A stretch of DNA of 64,000 nucleotides from Octopus vulgaris. Taxonomy: Eukaryota. Below, piece by piece: positions 55,790 to 64,000 of the stretch. Below the pieces are notes generated by a model that had not been told where the DNA came from, did not search any database, and saw only the letters and a program-made list of their open reading frames with translations. Within the stretch, counting starts at the first letter, position 1; each line of letters opens with the position of its first letter. Made by a program: the position numbers and the translations under genes. Location of the stretch: the NCBI GenBank assembly GCA_951406725.2, contig OX597814.1, positions 73,656,001-73,720,000 of the forward strand, in the 5' to 3' direction.

Positions 55790-55859
55790 GAGGGAATATT
55801 ATTCTTAAAGGGAAACATTCAATTTAGAAATACTAAATCAAATTTCACAAAATATAATA

Positions 55860-56188
55860 TATATATAAAAATTAGAAAAAATACCTTTTATCAATTCAAA
55901 ATGAACAATTAAATTACATCATCTAGAAAATTACATATAATAGAAATATAAATAAAATAACAATAATATACCGATGATTAAGTAAATTGCAAAATAATAA
56001 TAAAAATGTATATATTTGGTAGAATCACAAATATATACGTTTTTATTATTACTTTGCAATTTACTTAATCATCGGTATATTATTGTTATTTTATTTATAT
56101 TTCTATTATATGTAATTTTCTAGATGATGTAATTTAATTGTTCATTTTGATTTGATAAAAGGTGTATTTTTCTCTAATTTATATAGAT
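55860..56188. repeat. Long near-perfect inverted repeat (~160-bp arms, 9-nt spacer)
   Basis: Left arm ends ...tatatttg at 56018, spacer gtagaatca, right arm starts caaatatatac at 56028. Confidence 0.95.
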
Positions 56189-57305
56189 ATATATATTCAA
56201 GATCTGTGCCTCCTACAAATGCCAAAGGGATGATCCAAAATACAGGCAGGCAATGGAAGTACACTCTATCAAAAAATTCTCACCTAAACTAAACGTATAA
56301 AAGGAGAAAAACATAGTTGTGAATGCATGAGAAATCTTTATTACAATGTTCACATTACTGTTACTAAAATAACTGGAAAAATTCACTTAAATGATCAACA
56401 AACAACACTCACAGACCCATTTTCTCTTTCTTTCTCCCCTCCCCCAACAGACACATTTAATAACCTTCCAAAATAATTTTGATAAAGTCCATTTTCCACA
56501 ACTGGATATCAAGAGAACTGACAAAAAAATACAATGAGTAAAAGAAAATTGACCTCTAGTATTGTCATCTATTTCAAATATCCAGAAAAAGTCCCTTTGT
56601 CTTTCTTTCTTGTTTTATTTCTTTCTTTCGTTTTCCTTTTTCGCCCTCTAATCAAGCCTCCAACAGTTCACCACAGACATACTTATACACACACAAATAC
56701 ACACACGTATATATACACATACATAGGTTCAAATTTACAAAGAACATTCGCTTCCCAATTCAACTCCAGATTTTTCAACTAACTCATATATATATGGTAA
56801 ATCTCTGAAATGAGATTAAAGTGCTTAATAAATAATTATCCAAAATTCTGACTATATTCTTTTTCCTTATTTTTAAAATGTGTATATCATTTCAAACAAT
56901 CTATAATACATACACACATACATACATACATACATGCAGACATACAGCTTGAACTGAAAGACAACCCCTCAATTTATTGTTGGTGGAGATCACAACGTTT
57001 TCAGCACTTTCCGACCGCATCGTCCCATTTTGTCTGTGTAAGCAGCATTGGTAGCACCATGAAATGTCCAGGTCCTTATAGCAGGCGTGTTCCTTTCTCC
57101 CCAGTGCAGCCACCTCAACAAGCTGGATGCTGCTATACCAGTGCCTACCATGCAGGAACTACTTTCTTTAACTCAGTATTTGTCCTCTTCTCTCACTTAT
57201 GAACTTCCCATCACAAGCATTTAACATATTCTTTACTTTTTTCCGGTTAATAAAATCTTCGGTTTTCTGTCTTTTTAAAGTTAGGTTCCAATCAGGTTAG
57301 ACACA

Positions 57306-58700
57306 ATGGATATACCTCATAATTATGGACTAGAGGCAATACAGTTCTGGCTAGACCAATTTCCAGAAGAAATACCAAAAAGGATCAGTAAAGAATTCAT
57401 TACTAAATCGGTTGAATTCATCCTACAAACTAACCACTTCATGTTTGACAATACATTTTACCGTCAAAAATCCGGAATTGCTATGGGTACAAGGGTAGCA
57501 CCAGTCATTGCGAACCTAACAATGGGATACCTGGAAATAATTATATACCAGGAATCTTTATCGACCTTTGGAAACCCCCTTTCTCAATACATAAAAGGGA
57601 ATTGGAAAAGATTCCTGGACGATTGTTTTATACTCTGGAATGAAAACACAGATAAACTCATAAAATTCAAAAACCTATTGAACAGCATCAACCCAAATAT
57701 ACAGTTCACAATGGAATACAACCAAAAGGAGCTTCCATTCTTAGATATACTAATTAAAAAAATTAACCTTAAAATAGAAACAGACATTTTTTACAAAGCC
57801 ACAGACGCCAAACAATACCTACTTTTTGATTCATGCCACCCAAGACACACTAAAACAAACATCCCTTTCAACCTTGCAAGAAGGATATGCACAATAGTGT
57901 CAGAACAAAATACCAGGAACTTTAGACTGCAAGAACTCAAAAACACCCTAATTGACAGACACTATCCAGTTCAACTCATAGAGGATGGGATCAGACGTGC
58001 AACAGAAATCGACATAGAAACTTTGAGAAAAGTTCAACACAACAACATACCTTCCCGGAAAATACTGCCTTACGTATCCACATACAACCGCAGAAACAAA
58101 GAATCCTTCACCATCATCACCCAGAATTTACCAATACTTCATAAGGACCCCAAATTAAAGGAAATTCTAAACATACATAAAATCATTAAAAGCTACAAAC
58201 AACCTAAATCACTTAAAATGATTCTCACAAAGGCAAAATTGTTTTCTGAAATTACGGATGCAAAAGTAAAAAAATGTGGTAGACCAAACTGCGCAACATG
58301 CCCAAACCTTCTAGAAGGATCAGAATTCCTTTTCAAAGAGGGACAAAAATTCAAGATCAGATCTAATTTTACTTGTGCTTCTGAAAATATAATTTATGTC
58401 GTAAGGTGCTCGGGCTGCCACCAAAACTACGTGGGGTCCACGGGATTATCACGCAGACGTAGATGCACTCTGCATCGACAACAGATTGCATTCCCAGAAT
58501 ACAGAATGATACCCTTTAGTGAGCATATTGAGAAATGCGCAAAGCAACTACTACCACAATTTTTAATCTTTCCATTCTATCAATGTGCTATTGGAACACC
58601 AACAAAAATTAGATTAAACAAGGAAACATTCTTCATTGAAAAATATAAGCCTGAACTTAACCATTCTAACATTCTTATACAGAGAAACTCATCCCATTAA
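57306..58700 (+). CDS. PLE RT + GIY-YIG endonuclease (5'-truncated, frame open), relative of the 34409 ORF
   Basis: GIAMGT, RFLDD, LPFLD, FYKATD..YL..SCHP, CGRPNCATC, IIY..C..C..YVGST. Confidence 0.9.
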   Translation: MDIPHNYGLEAIQFWLDQFPEEIPKRISKEFITKSVEFILQTNHFMFDNTFYRQKSGIAMGTRVAPVIANLTMGYLEIIIYQESLSTFGNPLSQYIKGNWKRFLDDCFILWNENTDKLIKFKNLLNSINPNIQFTMEYNQKELPFLDILIKKINLKIETDIFYKATDAKQYLLFDSCHPRHTKTNIPFNLARRICTIVSEQNTRNFRLQELKNTLIDRHYPVQLIEDGIRRATEIDIETLRKVQHNNIPSRKILPYVSTYNRRNKESFTIITQNLPILHKDPKLKEILNIHKIIKSYKQPKSLKMILTKAKLFSEITDAKVKKCGRPNCATCPNLLEGSEFLFKEGQKFKIRSNFTCASENIIYVVRCSGCHQNYVGSTGLSRRRRCTLHRQQIAFPEYRMIPFSEHIEKCAKQLLPQFLIFPFYQCAIGTPTKIRLNKETFFIEKYKPELNHSNILIQRNSSH

Positions 58701-58980
58701 ATAAGGGAAAAGAAATATAAAGCGATTATCTCCCTTATACCGGAAGAAATCGCTTATTACCTCCCCTTGCCTGGAACTCTTTGCACTGCATAACGAAGAC
58801 ATGACATGATGTAGGTAAAGACACTTGAGAAATTTCAAAAGTTAACACGAAACCGGTAATTTCTTCAAAAACTATGTTACTATATGAAAAATTTTATAAC
58901 ATTCTTCTAACATGACTTAAATATATTCTTTAACCTTATAAAACAAGCCTTCTGTAGTTTTTTCACTCTTTTCTACTTTA
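57310..58980 (+). mobile_element. 5'-truncated Penelope-like element ending in (TA)n
   Basis: ORF, ~280-bp 3' UTR with hammerhead-like motif, then (TA)n. Confidence 0.88.
58828..58864 (+). ncRNA. Hammerhead-like motif (U3-A8 plus G5C), probably inactive
   Basis: agaaat TTCAAAA gt-taac-ac GAAA ccgg TA atttct; perfect 6-bp stem I; same relative position as the 36696 motif. Confidence 0.6.
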
Positions 58981-58985
58981 TATAA

Positions 58986-59020
<35 letters not shown>

Positions 59021-59022
<2 letters not shown>

Positions 59023-59416
59023 AGCAGTATCGCCCGGCGTTGCTCGGGTTTGTAAGGGAAATAACTATATAAGCATTTTTAGAGAGTTATAGCCAAAAAA
59101 TAGCCAAAAAATGCATTAAAAATTGAAAAAAAATTAAGGTAAATTTTTTTTTAAATCGTTGACACATCGTAGATATTTTAAGAGAGTTACTTCCCTTATA
59201 TAAAAGCGAAAAAAATGCATTAAAATGGAAAAATATGATAGTAAATTTTTTTTAAATCGTAGACTTATCGTAGACGCACGCTAATACCCAGAAGGGCTCG
59301 ATATGAATCACGACTATAAGATACCCGCTTTTGGTTAAACTGCACCGCAAAATGTGGGAGTAGTTAGGAATCTAAATCGTAGGAGACAGACACACAACTT
59401 CACTCTTATATAAAGA
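59021..59416 (-). mobile_element. Non-autonomous Helitron-type element
   Basis: Reverse copy of 26241-26537 with an internal ~100-bp duplication; TC start, hairpin+CTAG end at an (AT)n tract. Confidence 0.85.
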
Positions 59417-60049
59417 TGCTTTTTTTTTCAGTCATAGAGTTAGATTTATGAAGGTCTTCAGTAGAAAATCCTTCGAATTCTGACTCGCTGCTTGATATAA
59501 TGAAATTCGTATCCATTTTTTGTCAGAATTACAAATTTTGAAAACACAGTAGGAACAAATTTCGGAAAAAAATCTCCCATAATTCACGGAATTAAAATTA
59601 CACTTCGATTTTTGTACAAAACTGTAGTTGAAGTGTTTACGAAGTATAATACGTGTTTTCACGAATGTACTAAAGAGATTTGCTCTGATATTCTCATTTA
59701 AATATGAATAGGTAAATTCGGGCGGCTTGGTAACTATATATAAGTGTCGTCTGTTTATACATAAACACTGTTTCATACTGCAATTATATATACATATATC
59801 TATATATAATATTATATAATAAAATATATACAGAGTAAAATAAAAACCAATTTACCTTTTCTGTCCGTCCGTGTGTCTTTGCAAATGTGTTGGAATGATA
59901 AGTGAGTTGAGTTTTGGCGCCTTTTTTACTAATAACAAACACACACGTGTTTGTATGTAGTTGTATGTGTATGTAGTTGTATGTAGTTGTATATGTATGT
60001 GTATGCGTGTGTGTGAGGAATGACACACACACACTCACGCACGCACACA

Positions 60050-60585
60050 TGTACATCAATGCTTTCGGAGTGATAGGTTAAAATATTGAGTTTTCTCGAA
60101 TTTTGTCTTAATTGGTGGTAAAATTGAAAGAAATTTTTTATGGCATCACCCACTGAAGTACTCTGAAAAATCTTAGTTAAATTCTAATTGAAGAAATTGT
60201 GTGAGGAGTAAATGGTTATGTATTTATTTGTTTCTTTTTGCTGTGTTTTTTTATTTTTTGAGTAGTGGTTAAAATACTTTCAGTTTAGTCTTCCTCAAAT
60301 CACTCTGTCGCTATTTACTTTCATTTTATTCGTTGCCCACTGTGTGTGTGCGTTTGCGTGTGGTGTAAACCAGACTAAGAAAAGCATGTGACACACACAC
60401 CAGAATGTGAGTTTTCTGTAAATTTTGCTTAATTGGAGTTTAAATTTTAAAAACTGGACCTGGCATGACGCGATGCATTGTACTCTTAAAAATGCTAGGT
60501 AAATTGTAATTGAAGAAATGTTATATTGTAGATTTGTATAACTCCCAAAGGGAGGCAGATAAAATCTGCCTTTTATAATAAGAGA
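60050..60585 (-). mobile_element. Probable Helitron-type non-autonomous element, 5' part
   Basis: Minus strand starts A|TCTCTTATTATAAAA with hairpin aggcagat-ttt-atctgcct; diverged internal duplication 60088-60200 vs 60409-60520. Confidence 0.5.
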
Positions 60586-61195
60586 TATATATATATACAT
60601 ACATCTTTTAAATTTATTCGTTATTGTTCGGTATAATGACGGTCATTTCTTTATCTTTATTCTATAATATGCTAAGGGTGGTTGATGTTATTCCGCTCCA
60701 AGATGTTTTTGGGAAGGAACACAAACATATAAACAAGCCATCTAATATTCAGGATACTATGCACTATATCACCAGAAACAATTAAGAGGTTACCCTAAGA
60801 AAGTATCATTAATCAATTCAGAAAATGAACTTCAACAGCCGATAACTGTAGTAGTTGTACCAGCTGAACTGTTTACTGCAGAATTCATTGAATATAGTCA
60901 TGCCTTAAATGAGATCGAACACAAGAATGTACTAACCATCATTGACATCTGCAGACTGAATAGCAAAATAAGTCCAAAAGCTTCGCACTGGTCAAGAGGG
61001 ATAAACAACCCGCTGTTAACATTAATATAATATCGCCTGAAGAAATGAATCCATGTAGATGATCAACCCGATACTCACAAATACTACAGACTGTAAACAT
61101 CCCAGGAATACGGACTGATCTTAAGAGACATGTGATCTGTGGAAACGCTCGTAGCGATGCATTATAAACTCCATCCAAGGATTATTGTTTTTATT

Positions 61196-61243
<48 letters not shown>

Positions 61244-61244
<1 letters not shown>

Positions 61245-62040
61245 TAGCGGGCCTCCCGGCTTTCGGCCCGATCTGCGCGGTGACGAAATGTATTCATAAG
61301 GTACATATTGGCATCTATCGTAATGTCTGTTTTCCTTACAATAAAAGTTGTTAAAAAGTATTTAAATATTGCATAACATAATTTTACATATTTATTTAGA
61401 ATATCTAAATACAGAATGTGATAAATATAATAGAGAAAAGTATTGTACGAAAATTGTAAAACCTTTACAGAACTTCAATAGATATAATGTTTTTAACTTT
61501 TTTTCTTTGGAGCACATATGAAGAGTTTCTGTAGGTTTCCTACTTTGGAACAACCTACATACAATTAACCATATGTGAAACAGCTCTCTTCTAGACGGAG
61601 ACCGACAACCAGCTGTGTTTGACCTTGGGACTTGTTAATTGTCAATACGTAACTTACTGTCACCGGGAATTGCAATTGTTTGAAACGGAAGGAGACATCT
61701 GTTAGTATTAGTGGTATTCTAGGTATGAATACAATGTCTACCTTACCACAGTGAGGAGTTTTGCTTCGATGATGTGAGATTGTAATTCAGTCACAACCAT
61801 ACATGTACCATTGCAAATCTTGGCTGATCCAGGTTTCTGAGAAGCATGATAACTGTGCCATTCTTTAATTCAAGGTTTAATGGCAGCATGCAGATGGTTC
61901 CAGACTGTTGAGGAATTCAACAAGATAATGAACAGCATCGTCCTGTACAGTTATCTGCGGAATGGTCAAATTAATTTAAATGATACGAAAAACCTGAAAT
62001 ATTATCAATTTTATTTAATGTTTTCAGCGGTCAATGTAGG
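61244..62040 (-). mobile_element. 3' fragment of an autonomous Helitron with PIF1-type helicase remnant
   Basis: Minus strand 61465-61960: YLVEFLNSLEPS, IMLLRNL, CNGT, VFIPRIPL, FKQLQFPV, TINKSQGQT, LYVGCSKV; 3' hairpin cgggcc/ggcccg and CTAG at 61244-47 next to (TA)n. Confidence 0.9.
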
Positions 62041-62059
62041 AACAAACTTTACTTTTTAT

Positions 62060-62112
<53 letters not shown>

Positions 62113-62179
62113 AATACATACATACATACATACATACATACATACATACATACATACATACATACATACATACATAAAT

Positions 62180-63210
62180 GAAAGACGGAATTTTTATAAA
62201 TTACGACAGTTGTTTCGACACATCTCGCAAAGATCCCTCACGGGTGGGATACTTAACAACTGGTTCAGGAGCATTCGACAATGCTGATGGGTCTCTTCGG
62301 GTGATAAATAGATATAACTCGTTAAAATAACAGTTCCGCAATGTATCTTCTCATTTCGTGTAAAGAAAAGTAGCAAATTAAAGTTTATATCTACATTTAT
62401 ATAAATGATCAATAACAAAATAACAGATAAAAAAAGAAACAAACACACAATATCTCGAGAAAAGTATTAAAAATACCGTTAACAAATATGCATGTATAAA
62501 TGCCCTCGCGTAAGTTGTATGGCGCATGTATATTCGCTCAGACAAGTATCCCCGAAGATGTAAGCACACGCACAAGTGTGGTTTGGAGTCATTCGTTCAC
62601 AAAGTGAAATAAATAGCTACTTGGTGTTTATAAGAATGGGGAGGTTGAAGCTAATCTTAATTCATCCACACCTTAAAAGTAAATTAGGCTAACAGTTACT
62701 CAAATTCATTCTCACTGCATTGTGCGAATGTACATTTATATGCATGTAGGCAGCTTCAGTCTGTTAGAAATTCTATTAATGATTTTCTCATTGATGCACA
62801 AAATAGACAGGGATTCCTCGGAACAGAGTCAGTCTCTGCTGGAAATGATATTAAATGATATTGCGTGCCTTACTATGGACCAAGTTATGCAATACTTAAT
62901 TTTATCTCCCTTCAGTTACCACTGAATTGGCCAAAATTGGCCAAAGATGTTGAATGTCTCTTATTGATTCTTGACATGGTTGCGATAACGATTCTTGAAT
63001 GAATCAGCCGTTTGCCTAATATAAACATACGGCCCTCCCAGTGTGTGTACGGTACATTTATATACAAGACTTGTACTCATGCAGAGGTTGATCAACGGGC
63101 ATTTTGATTTTACTCTGCATGAGCATTTATTATACTTATTTGTATATATGGCAGTTCTTACTTCATTTTCTGACGTTGTTACCGTGTTAGCTGTATCATA
63201 ATCATTTCTG

Positions 63211-63247
<37 letters not shown>

Positions 63248-64000
63248 CGTTTCTTGGTGTCAGGAAGTTATATTCTGCAAATTTTTTCCAAGATCTAAAG
63301 TGTGTTTGGGAAATACAGAAGAGTTTGTTTACAATATCACTCAGCAATTCTGACATAACGATCACTGCAAGTTGACGTTTATCTTTGACAAGCATCTCCA
63401 GACTACCATTCCTTAAATTGCTGTAAATTGCTACTTTCCGTCTTTTATAGGAAGCCGACAAAACAAATCTCTAGGGTATTTTTCCTCCCTCAGTGTCTTT
63501 ACTAGTGTGTTGCTAATAATTACCAGCATCCAACAGCATTCTCGCAGCAGACGTTTTTGAATGATAAAATTATATCTCTATCATGTGTCTTGAATCAGTT
63601 ATGTGATACTTGTTAAAGCGGTTAAGTATTCTGTTGCATAGTCTCGAAAGAAACTTGATGCTGTTGATGATGGCACATTTGAAGGCACCTATTTCTTTCA
63701 CATGAATAGTATCGATGCTTCAGATTAAAATATCTAAATATATATGCCTGTTTTGTGAGGTAATGCGTGATTTCTTTTCCCATTTTCCCTCTCATTCGCT
63801 GTATACTTGATGATGTATGAGATAATCTTGATAGATAAGAATATTTCTACTTTGAGATGGTAATTGAACTACTTAATTATAAGTAAGAATTATAGATGCC
63901 TTACCATTGAGAAGTTATTTTTGACTTATCTTAATCGATCTCCTTCAAATCTTCCCATTTCGCAAGAAAGTCTCATGCACTTAGAATATAAATCATCCTT
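62180..64000 (-). mobile_element. Degenerate, internally deleted Penelope-like element
   Basis: GIY-YIG remnant CSCRVKSKCPL..C..SLVYKCTV..YIRQTADSFKNRYRNH; weak RT N-part similarity near 63570-63750; hammerhead at the 3' end next to (TACA)n. Confidence 0.7.
62200..62305 (-). ncRNA. Type I hammerhead-like motif with branched stem II (U4C core change)
   Basis: Minus strand atcac CCGAAGA gacccatc..[two hairpins]..gatgtgtc GAAA caactg TC gtaat. Confidence 0.65.

Overview
AT-rich, microsatellite-dense eukaryotic DNA; the SINE families and (TA)/(TACA)/(CA) load suggest a cephalopod such as Octopus (inference). I found no convincing host protein-coding gene. The window is a mosaic of transposable elements: two long, open Penelope-like element (PLE) RT+GIY-YIG frames (34409-36151, 57306-58700) plus degenerate PLE pieces; five fragments of R4/Dong-type restriction-like-endonuclease LINEs at (TACA)n or (TAA)n tracts; a CR1-like APE fragment and RTE remnants; three mariners, a Tc1 end and a MITE; a decayed piggyBac; Helitron-type elements including a PIF1 helicase remnant; and many tRNA-derived SINEs. 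The most notable signal is absent from the ORF track: at least seven type I hammerhead-ribozyme-like motifs on both strands, at PLE 3' ends or in short microsatellite-flanked cassettes. They include a U3-A8 compensatory core variant, a recurrent U-U pair at 10.1/11.1, an extra-A variant and two with enlarged stem II domains. Most ORFs in the track are microsatellite read-through artefacts. All calls are by eye, with no database search or folding run, and element boundaries are approximate unless a TIR or TSD is quoted.
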